DNA of 57,599 nt, filler included, from Platydemus manokwari (taxonomy: Eukaryota): the NCBI GenBank assembly GCA_037951405.1. It is 5 parts of 5 records of this genome, joined end to end, with 100 filler letters (N's around TTAATTAATTAA, not from the genome) between each part and the next. Parts side by side here need not be neighbours in the genome. Positions count along the whole stretch, not along the records: positions 10,395 to 23,545 come from JBBMOY011822501.1; positions 23,646 to 37,327 come from JBBMOY011645847.1; 3 more parts are not named here. The stretch is one strand, 5' to 3'. Below are positions 13,370 through 26,683 of this stretch, piece after piece; the first letter of the stretch is position 1; every line of letters starts with the position of its first letter. Made by a program: the position numbers and the translations under genes. The notes beneath the pieces are model-generated. The model worked only from the letters and a program-made list of their open reading frames with translations, was not told where the DNA came from and did not search any database.

Positions 13370-15050
13370 GTTAGATCCAAACAAGATCCAAACGAAAAGA
13401 AAGGCAGAAAATCTTTGCTTATCTGCCGGAAAAAAATCAGGATTTGTTGATTCTGAAACCGTCGCTTTTCGATGTGTCGATTCAAGCTGCTGAAAAATGG
13501 TTCCAAACAACCAAAGATTTTACCACATTTAATCAAGTGGAATTATCATTTGCATTTGACATTTGCATTTGTTGAGAGATGACGCCAAACAACTGTAGCA
13601 AGAATATAACTGTACCAAAGAAACTGTATCAATGAAAAAATTGATAAATGGTTTTTAGAAACTTTCTCACATGCCAAAACAGTGTGTGACAACGTCTAGG
13701 ATCTGGCAGCAAAACTTGGGTAAAGAAACTTGTGACGGAGGTATTCCACAAGAAAAACACTTTTAAAGAAATTTCAAGACTATTTATTCTGCAAGGTCTA
13801 AATAGTAAGAAACTCTAGACCATGCAATGTCCGATGATAGGAGAAGCTAAGTCCAACGAAGATGATAAAAATCATCAGGAAGATGGTATATGAAAGTAAT
13901 GCGAGAAAACCTTGCAAAAGGAAACTTCTTACAAAAAGCGAGGCCCAATTGGTGCAGGAAAGAGATTTCCGTAATGGAATATCGTCTTGCACCAGTTAAT
14001 TACATGGAATATACAAACAATACGAGACCACCAATATCAATGAATGCAATTGCGTCTAAATTCTACAACGATTGTAGAGGAAAACCCACACCAAACGGTG
14101 ATTATATAAAACCAGGAGCTTGCTTTTGCTGTGGTGAGCTGTGGAAATTTGAATATCAACTGCGAAATAAATGCTTAATATGCGAAAAGAAGGCCATTCG
14201 TTCAAAAAATTTCATTTGGCTACAAAAACAGAATTGAAATGACATTGAAGAGTATTGCTGATAAGAATGATATTTCATTGAATAAATGTATAAAAGAAAA
14301 TGGTTCAATTATTAAGGAGTCTCGTTCGATTTGGAACTAACACATTCGGTCAAGAATGAGATCCGAACAAAAGAAGAACCTTTTGCGCAAATCCCAGAAG
14401 ACGGCCAATACATTTAGAAAGCAAAATTCAAGAGTTGATAGAAAATACTCCAGAAAGTAATGTCATGACGCCTTGCAAAAGCCTTTGGAGCTCTCCTTTG
14501 GTCGTTGTTGTTAAGAAAGACGGTTCTATCAGAAGTTTTCTTTTCCAGTGCCTAACATCTAAACGTTATTGGACTAGGTGTACGATAGATTTAAGCCAAG
14601 CATATTATCAGGTCGAACTCGAGGATCTATAATTTGATCTTTAGGTAAAGTGCTCCAAAATCAATGTTCACTGGTCGGGGTAGAGTCTTCGAGGGAAAGG
14701 AAAAGAAAGAATTAGCAATAAATTTTGGAACAAAGCAAAATTTTACCTCCCCATACTAATACCAAAGAAATCGTTTAGCCAAAAATGATACGACGGTCTG
14801 AGACATGATATGATAGTATCGCTGACATCAAAATCAGTAACCACAAACGTAAGGGAATTCCATGCTAAACAAGAGGTTGTAGAAATTTTGCGGTTGGAGA
14901 AAAAGTTTTAGTGAAGAAAGAATCACATAGGAAAAGGAAGAACCGAGATGGTTATGAAGGTCCTCACAGAATTTGGAAATATTTAAGCCCACATCAAGTG
15001 CTTCTTGATTTGCCCAAACCTCGAAGAATTGAGTGACTAAAAAAGATTTC
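13370..15050 (+). mobile_element. Internally deleted Ty3/Gypsy LTR-retrotransposon remnant (gag knuckle, RT, integrase fragments)
   Basis: ACFCCGELWKFEYQ (decayed CCHC knuckle, ORF 13890..14237). PCKSLWSSPLVVVVKKDGSIR and TIDLSQAYYQVEL (Gypsy RT motifs, ORF 14435..14632). FTSPY- and WxGP-like integrase remnants at ~14740-14965. Confidence 0.75.
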
Positions 15051-18000
15051 AAAACAACGGGAAATAAAATCTTAGATAATTGATTTTGTTCGAATATTTG
15101 AAAAAAAATACGTGAAACTTTTTAAATAAATTTTTGATTACTCTCTGTATTGCACTTTACATTTCTTTTGAGAAACTACATTTACCAGAATCAGATTCTA
15201 ATAATAGTAATTTTAATATTAGTTCTAATCATTAACAAATTCTTTATCGTAACCAATTATTATTTTGAGCCCCTTTCAAGTAATGTTTGAAAATCAGAAT
15301 ATAACAATACATATAATTATTAACAAAATTATTAACAAAACTTTAGACAATAACTTAATATAGGGTAATTTAATCACGAGATTGAAAATTATTTGAAACC
15401 TAAATTTTGTTGATGATGTTCCCATGTTTATTTACATTTATTCCTTGCTAGAACTCGTAGTTGATATTATTCAAATGAGGGGATTCATAACCCACTGCTC
15501 AGGATAATACTTTTACAAATAGGTTAAATGTTATTTTGTTTTCACAACTGCTTCACATATCACTTCATTTAATGTGGTTGATATTTTATGAAATCCATTA
15601 TTATGGAATACAAAATAGTTAAGTAAATCTCTGTGAAATTATAATGATTGTATTTTCTGGTTTACATATCGATAAATGACTACAAAATAGCAAATGAAAC
15701 GGTTCGAATAAACTTTTACACATTATCCTGATATTTAAGTAAGATAAAATTAATTTTGAATGATCGATGTCATTGAAATAGTTTTTCTGGAAGAATTTTC
15801 ACCATCACATATACTAGGTTTTATTCCAATTCGGTCGTATTAATCAATAACCAACTTAAAATATTATGTAAAAATTTATTCAAACATCAAGTTGAAAACA
15901 AATTGAGCCTAAACACCAATAAATAATTCATATTTAGTTAGAGATAGGTTTTGCTACTGTGATTTTATACTTGCAGAATAAATTTCCTGACTAGAATTTC
16001 TGGTAGTTGAGTTAATTTTATGAATTTTAGTTAAGAATAATAATAATGTTTATAACTATCATCGACTAAAACCTTAAACATATCCACGGTTTTATTTGTA
16101 ATCCTATATTTCAAGGTAATATGTAAAGGACTTCACTTTTTTTCAACAAATCAATGCTTCTCTTAAAGTCTATTCGATTTCAAGTCAAAAATTTCATCCA
16201 GTGAAGAATTTAAATCGAAAATTTATGATTGAGGAACAAGAAATCATGGATATCAATATAATTTTATAATTTTTATAACAACCGTTATTTTATTGCTTCG
16301 AATAAACTAAACCGTAAACACTTGCAGTTTTTTCATTCATTTCTTGATAATGCGATGAAAATCATTCGAAAATTGATTCGATTTAGTCTGTAACTCAGTA
16401 CTAGTAATAAAATATGAAAGAATAATAATAAATTAATGGATTTTCTTTGAATCTACAGTAAATATTTCTTTTGCTACCGATTTACAGATGAATGTTGTCG
16501 TTGTTCTTCTTATTAATCATGTGTATAGGATTAAATGTTTTTGTTTTCTTTTCTACATAGTTAGTGTTGTTTTAAATATTGGTATTTTTGCGGTAGCATA
16601 AGTGAATCTTTATAAAAATAATAATAAATTATAAACACCATTAAAATTTATATCTTATATACAAATAACTTCTGAGATCATATTCATTTTTTTAATTAAA
16701 TTAAAATAAAGAGTCCGAAGTTGATTTTCTGCTAGCATTTTATATTATAACTATATTTAGGAAGCTAAAGTTACTAAAAATATTTAAAGATACCAAAAAG
16801 TTAGAAGTTATGGTGATTTGCAAATTTCTGAAGCAGATATTGAAGGGCTATGAGCTGCATTTGACCAGATGGATATTAGTTTTATAGATATTGTTATGGA
16901 TGACCCGTTTAAAAGTAATTAGTTCGATTGGGTTGAGAAAATATACTGTCAAAAGGAACCAGTTGTTTGACTTTAAGAATATCATATCTAAAAAAATTAA
17001 AAATACTAAATTATAAAAACAAAAACAATAAATAACAGACCAAACGCAAAGTATTTCGTGTATTATTTTGCTCGTTATATTTATTGTTCATAAACAATTT
17101 GTAAGTGTCAAATCACCAGAAATAAGAAAAAAATTTGGATTAAAATTCTGGTCGCTTGTCATTGTTCTAATCGGTTACAAAAATTGTAATCCTGCTACCA
17201 AGGAACTGAATCTAACAGGAATTATTTTGTTATTTTCAATTACGTATAAGAAGTTTGATTTCATTTCTTTAATTATTTAACAATAAAATCCCATTAAAGA
17301 TTTATTTTAATTTGAAAAATTAAAAGCTAAACTTCATAAATTTAGTGACAGCTCGTACGTACGAAGACGCTAGATTTAGCCACTTTCAAAGAGTGAAAAA
17401 AATTTAGGACTCTTGCGGATATTTTCATAAGCAAATTGAGAAACCTTCAAATTTGTAATTATTGTATTCAAATTAGAACCCATCAGAGTGAAATTAATAA
17501 AATTAATATTGTTAATTAGTTGTTTGTCTATTCTTATCATATATTTGTTTATTGTATCTCGACTTATAGTTTTACTTATTCGTTAATATTAATAAGTTTT
17601 TTATAATCAATTACATTTTATCGAATTATTTATTTAATGTTGGTTTATAATTTTGAAATTCAAATTCTTTTACAACAATTCATAGAGCCACAATGGAAGT
17701 AAAACAGGTATTTGAGCTATACTCATTTTATAACATTAAATTTTTATGTACTTCAACAAATGTCATCGTTATTTATTACAAGAGAAGCTTTTCTTTATCA
17801 CAAATATTAAATATCAATTATGTTTTCATGAGCTTATATTCATATGCAAGCAATGTTTTATCCACCTAATTTATTTTCTTACAAAATTTTAAAAAATAGT
17901 ATCATGTACTACTTCAAATCATGCAAGAAATGAAGGCTGAAGTTAATAAAAAGTGTCTGTGACCCGTTTTAATGCAGTGATTTTCGTCCATTATTTAATA

Positions 18001-18359
18001 TTAATATTTATTTTTAACCATATTTTAATGAAATGTTTACATAAAATCCAATTTTAAATGAATAAAAAATATGTACTACAATCCTGGATTCTTAATGTTA
18101 TAAAAGATTTTCATTAAACAAACTACACATTCCACAAATTTGAAATTATATTTTAGTACCCCGTAATTAACTTTAAGTAAAATAAGAGGTTTTCAATCAG
18201 TAAATTTTAGGCATAAAATTTCATGAATTATAATACCGTAGTTGTCACTTAAAACACCTTGCTTTGTAATTATTCAGGATTTATAAAACGAAAAAAATCT
18301 TATTTCAACAAATATTTACAATTAAACATACACTTTTCAAATTTATAAATTCATTTTCT

Positions 18360-18533
18360 ATCATTAACTTTAAATTTAATTTAATTTAAACTCTAATTTT
18401 TCAAAATTAACTTTAAAATCTTCATTTACCTCTTAATTAAGAAATTCACACACAAACATATATATAAATGAAGATTTGAAAGTTAATTTTGAGAAAATTG
18501 AGTTTAAATTTAATTTAATTTAAAGTTCATGAT
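18360..18533. repeat. ~70-bp-arm imperfect inverted repeat (foldback/MITE-like)
   Basis: 18360-18428 is the reverse complement of 18465-18533 with a few mismatches and a ~36-nt loop. Confidence 0.8.
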
Positions 18534-18972
18534 GGAATTAAAGGGCAAATCGTTCCAAGCCAGTATAAGCAAGCGACAATTTTCAAAATAGTTTAAATAA
18601 TTTAAGTTTAAAAAATTATTTTAAACTAATGATTTGAATAAACAACTTAAAACATAAGCTCAAATAGTTTATTGCAAGTAATAACGTTCATAATTCATAA
18701 ATTTAGTTAATTAAATTTATAAGATTTTATAAAATCCAAATATATATTAAATAATAGATTAGATAAAACATTTAATTTCCTCATTAATAACTTCGTATTT
18801 CTTTGTGGTATAAACAAATTGTTGATTATTATTTCGTTTTATTTTATGAAGTTGTAATAATTTTAGTTTGGACTGAACGTTTCATTGAATTATTTGTGTA
18901 AGTATAAATCATCTATTGGCGCAAAATCCTTGTTATCACCTCGCTATTGACCTAGAGAACGGTTGTCTATAT

Positions 18973-19057
18973 CAGGGGTGGCCAACTGGTCGATCTTGAA
19001 GCCAATTTTAGTCTATCGCGTGATATGTTATTCAAACACAAAAGTTGGCCACCTTTG
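18973..19057. mobile_element. 85-bp hAT (Charlie-like) MITE with 8-bp target-site duplication
   Basis: TIRs CAGGGGTGGCCAACT / AGTTGGCCACCTTTG; perfect GTCTATAT duplication at 18965-18972 and 19058-19065. Confidence 0.88.
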
Positions 19058-21539
19058 GTCTATATCATGCATGCGCCAATCTAAATCATAATCTTTTAAG
19101 ATTCCTACTACAAAACATAATATATTGAATATGCATTTATGAAACATTTGGAATCACTCATGGAGCGGCATTTAGCATATATTTTGCATGTTGGAGTTTA
19201 TATGTCTTCAATGAATGATAATTATCGGGTTTTTCTTAATAATTAAATCCTCCTCAAGTAAAAAGTTATTAGAAATGACTATTATTGTTATATTATCTTT
19301 ACGTGTTCAGTACTCATCTTAGAGTTTTTTATTTTCACATTTGATAAGCCAAGAAGCATCAAATTTGTTGTCATCATCACTAATTATCTAAATTAAAATT
19401 ATATTTTTATATTTCATTTCCTACTATATTACCACAAATCCGATTCCGTACAGTTTGATTAGACATTTTCGCAGATTTGAGATTCACTGGATTTAAATAT
19501 TTTAAACTTCATAGCCCATCAATAGTTTCAAAAATATGCGCACTTCGTTTTTTAACCTGCTAATTAGAGTCGATCAAAATTGAAATTATATTTCAAATAT
19601 TTTCTAATTCGTCGAAAGTTCTGAATATGTTACTTTAGGAATTAATAATAGTTTAAGATATTCGAATTCTGTCTTTGGTATTTCAAATGATTTAGTGTTG
19701 TTATGTTGAATCTGTTGGTTTAAAATCTAGATTCACTTGAGCATTACGAGACCATGCTATTGGATCATATTGAGTCCTCAATCACTCTGTACACGATAGT
19801 AACTAAACAATTATTATTATCACTAAAGGGCGGTTAAAATACCATGTCTCATTATTTAGTACAGCAAATTTTGTAATGTTTTCACTTGAATTATTATTAT
19901 TAAATCATCTAGACATGTGAAACATGGGCTGCGTTTTGAATTGAGAGTGAAGAGGTCTTTTGAAATTTTTGTCAGTGGATTTACAACAGTAACTATCAAT
20001 TATTTTATCTGATGAATTAAAAGGTTTCAAGAGCTAAGCCTCTTAAACTTCTTCTTTATAATATTTAAAACCAAGCTCTCGTCTTTCGTCCATACTTGAG
20101 ATAAAACTGTACTCGGAATGATTTATTTATTTAGTATTCCTTAAATTTTCTGAAATATTTATTTTTAAAATATGGATCACACTTGTATATAATCGATCAC
20201 CTACTTAAAAACACCCAAATAATTGACGAAGGAAACGTATTGATTTTTATGTTTCGTTTTCAATGATTTTAAGTGCTATTATTTACTGGAATTCATAATT
20301 TGCCTATTCAGTCTATTAATAATGTATTAAAAAATGAATCCACGTTAAAATAAGAAAAAAAGAATTCATAAAATTTTATTAATTTAAGACTTGATATATC
20401 TAAATATTTCTGTTTAAAATTATAGGAATTTCTATTGGATTTGTTCACCATTAAAATCGAAAGTGGTATTAATGGTAATATTTACGTTATTTTCTATATA
20501 ATATTAGATATTCATTAGATATTCTTTTAATCATTTTGTCACGATATTTCATTTCCTGGCCAATTAAAACATCAAAGATGATTCTGATTCCCTTGTTGAA
20601 ATATTAATATCGATTTTTCATGACACGATTCCAACTGGATTCCAATGATTAAATATCTTTTACAATAATAAACTTGTTTCTGCTATTCACTTTAAACCAA
20701 TATCATATGGGATTTATTATGATGAGGGATGTCGTTTTATATAATCGATTAATTCATTAAAATGTTTGGGGATTAATGTGTTGATCTTGTTTCAGGCAGT
20801 GTATTATATTTATTATCAATATTAGCCCAATTATATTGTCATAAAAATCGTCAAGAAAATTTCCAGGGTTCCAGAAGTGAAGGTCATTCATTGATTGATT
20901 TATCATTATGCCCAATGAATATTTCCATCATTTATAATGCAGAAATGTTTAAGACTAAGAAACTCTTGCTACAGTCATACGAAATTGTGAATCTCTTTTA
21001 CATCAGCCGGAACAATTTTATATTCGAAATATTAATCGATAATAAATACAATCAAAATCTTATTCCTATTGATTTATATCTTTTAAGATGAATGTCATAG
21101 TTATGATTTTGTTAGCGTTAGAGTCTTAATAGTTGAAAATGATTAATGAAATTGTTTTGATTTCGCCAAAAATTCCAAAGAACTAAAGTAACTATCTATA
21201 AAATTAACAAAAAAACAACTTACGTTTCCATAGAAATGGAATAAAAATTAATGACAACCATAGGAAATTAAGAGAATCATATGACAGCTTCAAACAACTG
21301 ATTAAACTTCATCAAAGAGAAAAATTATTTACAGAATAGGGTATCCAATTTTCTTCATTTGGTCAATAATCCGAATTAAATCATTTGTTCCTTTCGTCAT
21401 TTAGGAATTAGAAATAACTCATTGAAAAGAATTTCAGAGATTTAATCGAGGTAGAACCTCATTTTGTGATTCAATGCATGTTCGATGAGTATGAAACTAT
21501 AAAATTATTTAAGAAAATAGGCAAACTAATCATACTATT

Positions 21540-21900
21540 GGGTAGATCACAAATCAATCAAAAGGGTCACAAGAACCAAGGAAAGAACCCTAAAAAATGT
21601 CGATACAGATAGATCTGATAAACAAATGTGCCGACAACCAGTTAGATTCGTTATAATATTAATTAATTTCTGGAAGCTAAGAATCGACAGGCACATACCT
21701 CCCCAAATGGCAGCAAACCCCAAATATCCTCCAATGGCACGAGTAACATGAAGAAAATTTGATTGTGATATTTTGGTTAATATAAATTTCAGATCTAAAT
21801 TGTTGATTAATATACCCAACAATACCAAAACTTCTTATACTCATAATTTTTGTTTTATAAGAATTCAGAAGTGGCATTAGTTTCTGTCGATGTCACTTTT
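21540..21900 (-). mobile_element. Decayed LINE (CR1/L2-like) ORF2 C-terminal fragment
   Basis: ORF 21547..21828 LLGILINNLDLKF...KISQSN...AAIWGG...SILSFQKLINIIT resembles the LGVxIDxxLxF / xWG / LQKRxIRII series that follows LINE RT. Confidence 0.4.
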
Positions 21901-22871
21901 ACACTATTAGCTTCAGAACAAATCAGATTTATGATTTCCAAATTTATGGCAGAACATATTGAGGTTTTCTTTATTTATTACTCTGGAAATCACTGTAAGA
22001 GCTCTAATTGAATCAGAGGTTGTCATTTATCGTTGATATATCATGATATCTATATTTATAACTAGCAATCTAAGCATTAATTACGACAGAGATTTTACGT
22101 TAACAAAAGTCAGTTTAGATTAACCTATTAAAAGTCGAAAGAAGCTAAATCGATTTGTTTTTAATAATAGAGGTCTGGAGTTTCACTTGAATATTTTAAA
22201 ATTTTCTATTACTGGAATTTTAAAACTGAAAAAACAAGAAATTTAATTTTCTCCAAAGGAAATAGACCACGTTTCTGATGTAATTTACAGTCAGAAATGT
22301 GTATGTGTTGTTGGTGCTCGACTTGTATTAGATGTTTTGCTCTCCCGATTCCAAATGAATTTATTGATTTTTCCTGACTGAGATTGGTATCAATCCGTAT
22401 CCACATGTCATTTAATAAAGCCAAGTACTAAAACTAATTGAAATCTTTGTTATATATTGATTCTAATTATAAGGCTGTCATCCCTATATGACCGTGCAGG
22501 TGTGCAGGTATGTAAAATAACATAGTATAGGTTCCAAAGGACCAAGAGTTGTTATTTCCATGGGAATTTTCTATGCTCAACAATTATTAGTTTTAATTGT
22601 TAAAATAATTTTCGAATTTTCGAAAAATTAATATTTTTAAAATAAATTTCATCAAAAAAGAGCTGGAATAGCAAATCAAAATAATTCCGGTGATGGTCTT
22701 CGATCAAATTCCAACATAAATTAAATTTTTAAATGAAAATTTTCTAAAACTATCGATTGTAATAAATTTTAGAAAATAGATTGACACATAAATTGTGTTT
22801 CCTGTACAACGAATGAAATACTTTGAACAAAATATAGTTCCAAGTTTGTTTTAAAGTACCCACAAGATGAT

Positions 22872-23108
22872 ATGAAAAATTGGTCAGAGAATAATCTTAT
22901 AAATTGGTGGTATTCTTCTTCAGTGAATTGTGATATTCATGAATTGATCGAAAATAATAATTCAAGTTGTTATGAGATTTCGATATTGTCGGTATTGAAA
23001 TGTACAGAATCATTTACCATAATTAATTCTGTAAAAGTTTGCGAGGATATTAAATTGTCGAATTCATTATATCAACTCAAACATTGGAGGAGAAACAGAA
23101 AATTTTAA
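22872..23108 (+). mobile_element. Possible decayed hAT transposase C-terminal (dimerisation) fragment
   Basis: LINWW ... KCTESFTIINSVK....KLSNSL loosely matches xxWW ... CERSFSxMNxIKxxxRxxL. Weak. Confidence 0.25.
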
Positions 23109-23329
23109 CTGGAATTCGGTACAGCCCACTCTATTCGCAGATTTCAATATCTCCATATTGAATAAAGTCTGACATAAGATCTCAATTGATTACTGTTTGA
23201 TGTGATATCGATTATTAGTTTCATTTTCAATTTTTTATTTTTTCAGATTGTTTTTCTTTGATGACAAAAATATTGTTTAATATTGTATAAATTTCGATAT
23301 AAAATATTCACATGTATATGTTGCGACCA

Positions 23330-23545
23330 TCATAATAATTATTAAGACTATAAATTATAATTATTATTACCGCTATTTTAATTGTTGGTACAATTATGAA
23401 TATTATAATTACTACAAAATAGTATTTTTTATTATTATTATCATTAATATTATTATTATTATTTATAATTACTGATGCTATTATCAGTATCATTATTATT
23501 AATACTGCTACTGATTATGAATATTATTATTAATAATCATTATTG
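23330..23545. repeat. Degenerate (ATT)n microsatellite abutting a gap
   Basis: ATT-periodic sequence visible directly. Confidence 0.8.
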
Positions 23546-23645
23546 NNNNNNNNNNNNNNNNNNNNNNNNNNNNNNNNNNNNNNNNNNNNTTAATTAATTA
23601 ANNNNNNNNNNNNNNNNNNNNNNNNNNNNNNNNNNNNNNNNNNNN
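23546..23645. other. Assembly gap with TTAATTAATTAA linker
   Basis: 44 N + linker + 44 N. Confidence 0.97.
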
Positions 23646-25799
23646 TGATTTATATTCTAATTTATTTGATGGGCGTTATTTTAATGATTTATGCTAGCTT
23701 TTCAAAAATTTTATGACAAACTATACTGAATTTTCGAAATTTTAATTTGCACTTTATATTATTTAATTAAACAGCCCGCCTTTATTTAAAAAAGCTTATA
23801 ATTATTAAATCTTATGTTTATTATCTATTAATAATTTATTGGGAATTTCGAAGTATTATAAAGATATATGAACGATTAACTCCAAAGGAAACGGTTAACA
23901 TTTTTCTGGAAGAAGAATGGAAAAATGAGTAATTGACGTTTACTTTTGATTTTGGTTGATGGAATAATAAATTTGTTAAAAGCCAACGAATCAGGAAGAA
24001 TTTAAAAATGAATACCAGACGAGGGATTTTTGATAAGATCTGTGCATGTGATTAACAAGTGGCTCGAGAAGCAGTTGCTAAATGCTGGTATGCACATCAA
24101 ATTTTAAATAAAATTCCAAAGCATTTGTATTTCTTGATCTTTATTTATTGAGAAAATGTATGATTAGGAGATGCATTATAAGGTTTATAAAATAGGGAAT
24201 AACTTTTCAATAATTCTGAATAAATATGTCATGTATAGAGGTGCAATTCTAATTTAATAACCAGCCCACATAAATTATCGGTGCTCGAGTATTTTCACAA
24301 TATAACGACGTTTTCAATAATTAAATCAATACAAACTGTATAAATTTTTTGAAAAACCATTAATTTTAAATCCACAAGGTGGTTTATTTAGTGAATATTT
24401 GGTTACCCAGAGACAGATAAACATTAATACAAATATAAAATATAATAAACAAACCTGTTTTATCAAAAAATGCACACAATAATCGATAGTCAAATCAATA
24501 TCATTCGGTAGACTCAGTTTTGAGATTCAAGCTAGTTGCTTATGTTGTGTGTGATTGCTTGTTTTGGAATAATTCTTTGTTTACTTTTCCTTTTTTTCTA
24601 TACAATGTTGTGTTGACAATTGATCCCTCTATTTGGAGAAACGTATGTTTTAGAAATTAAATGAACTTACCATTATTTATAAATCGGGAGATAATTCATT
24701 TTGTTTCGTTTCAAATTGAGTGCAAGTAGTGAAAAAAATTGTAACGTTTTAGATTTGTAAGGATTAGTTTAAAAGAAATGAAAATATTATTTTAAAAAAT
24801 ATCGAATTCGGTAAAGTGGTTTTTGGTGAATAAAAAATTTGTTTTTGCAAATCAACTTCAATTTTAATATTTGAACCTTATCGACTAATTTCAATTGAAA
24901 TTAGACATGTTATTAGAATTTATTGATTCTAGTGCTAATATCTATTTTTGTCAACACATTCGGTGCTAAAATAAATTAAGTGGTTTCATGACTAAGTAAA
25001 GATTAAGGGGAATTAATTAAAAAATTGAAATGTTAAAACTTGGCTTGTCGAGTGAAAATTCTTACCGTCATCAACGGTCACTTTTATAATTCTCAACATC
25101 TGATTGTTGGTAAAATTTGCTTTCATGTAGCAGGATAGATGGAGTTCAGATTTGTGCAATGATTAAAATAGAGACAATTAAAAAAATAATAAAATAAATA
25201 CATAATATAATAGTAATACTTGCTACTATTGGTTAAATAAATCGAACTTAATAAAGATGAGCCGTTTTAAGTCATTTTTAGATAAATATTTTTTAATATA
25301 AATAGTGGTCTTCACTATTTCCAAAACAAATCAAGAGAAAATCAATCATAACTGACTTAAGGCAATGATTTTGTGTTTCATGTTAAAGGTAATTCGTTGA
25401 TGCGTAGTATTAAGTTTGGTAAGCCAATAAAAGTATTATGTAATTATGAATTGATAAAGTGAGGTTTTGTGAATCACACCAATTGTTTATAACAGGTATA
25501 CCAGAGGAAAACGACTCTAAAGTAGATAGTTCAAATTTGTACGAGGACAAAATCTTCAATTTTACTAAATTATATTTGGGATTTGTCTTGCTTTTCTTAA
25601 TTTAAAAGATGCAATTTATTGTTCCACAAATATGTCTTTTTGTAGAATGTGCAACGAAAAACCTTCAAAAGGTTCATCCAACATGCTAATCCATAAATAG
25701 AATTCGACTGTTCAATTAGTGTACATCAATTACAAGCAACAAGCACTAAGATAAGCCAAAAACATGAGGGTTAAAAGAGAACCGAATGGCAAACTAATA

Positions 25800-26500
25800 T
25801 GTCGATTGCTTCAGGAAATAGAAAAGATTAAGCCAACAGATAAACAGTAAGAGCTTGGTCTATAAAAGGAGTCAGGTATGGAAAGTATCTTCCAGTCTTT
25901 CTTGGTCGGTAATTTTTAACTTTCTACCATTTTATCGATTAGTCTATTAATCAATCTTTTATGGTCGTGGTTTCCGTTCCTGATTTATCTTCTGGGTGCT
26001 GTTCTCGTTGTGAATTGATTATTGTGAATATCATTTTGGGTCGTGATTATTTGACGATTAGGATTTAGTGTGCAATATTTGAATTGATAATTATAATTTT
26101 TGATATTCAGCGCTATTAAACATTCATAACATTTTAAAAGTAGAACAGGCTATATAAGTGAGTACCCAATAGAGATCGGACTCAGATCTAAACCGATCAA
26201 ACTTAACCAGTATCACACCAACTGTTTTCATAATTTGTGTTTATACCAATGCTATTTTTTCATTAGAGTAAATATTTTGTTGAATTATTTTCGTTATATT
26301 TTCTACATAATTTCTACAACTTCCTTATAACTTCTTCTCATCTTTTCTTTACCTCTCTGCTTCTCTTATAATATTCTATGCCATAGACAATCTCATAATC
26401 GAATCCAAATGCGTGGTCGCCATGTAAAGTCCGCAATGAAAACGAACTAAAAAACCCATGACACCAAATTATATATTTTTTAATCACAATTCTTTCTTAC
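25800..26500 (-). mobile_element. LTR-retrotransposon 5' remnant (partial LTR, tRNA-Arg-type PBS, decayed gag)
   Basis: CGTGGTCGCCA at 26412-26422 (PBS TGGCGACCACG on the minus strand). Adjacent gaaaacgaactaa...gacacca is shared with the LTRs at 41.0 and 49.4 kb. The pyrimidine-rich leader resembles 40800-40950. Left boundary approximate. Confidence 0.6.
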
Positions 26501-26683
26501 TGTGAGGATATCAAATTGAATTTATATTGAATTTGAATTTATATTAAATTAAATTTGATATTAAATTTAATTTGATATTAAATTTACTTTATTTTGTTTA
26601 AATAATTGTCTTTGAATAGAATTCAATGTCGAGTCTTTTACAAAACGATTTTGATACGTTCTTTTAAAAAGTAGCGGCTTACA
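26501..26683 (+). mobile_element. Solo LTR (183 bp) nested in the LTR of a related element
   Basis: TGTGAG...GTAGCGGCTTACA termini (TG...CA), perfect CTTAC duplication at 26496-26500 and 26684-26688, internal AT-rich tandem units, homologous to 49383-49660. Confidence 0.8.

Noticed and set aside
23308-23493. Hydrophobic/Asn-rich ORF (also 34835..35152, 51667..51975, 57296..57574)
   Set aside because: Products of ATT microsatellite or AT-rich composition, with no domain or splice support.
23880-24200. Possible transposase-like fragments (VHVIN..AREAVA; EEQRQ at ~16500 on the minus strand)
   Set aside because: The resemblance needs several frameshifts and is not distinguishable from chance by eye.
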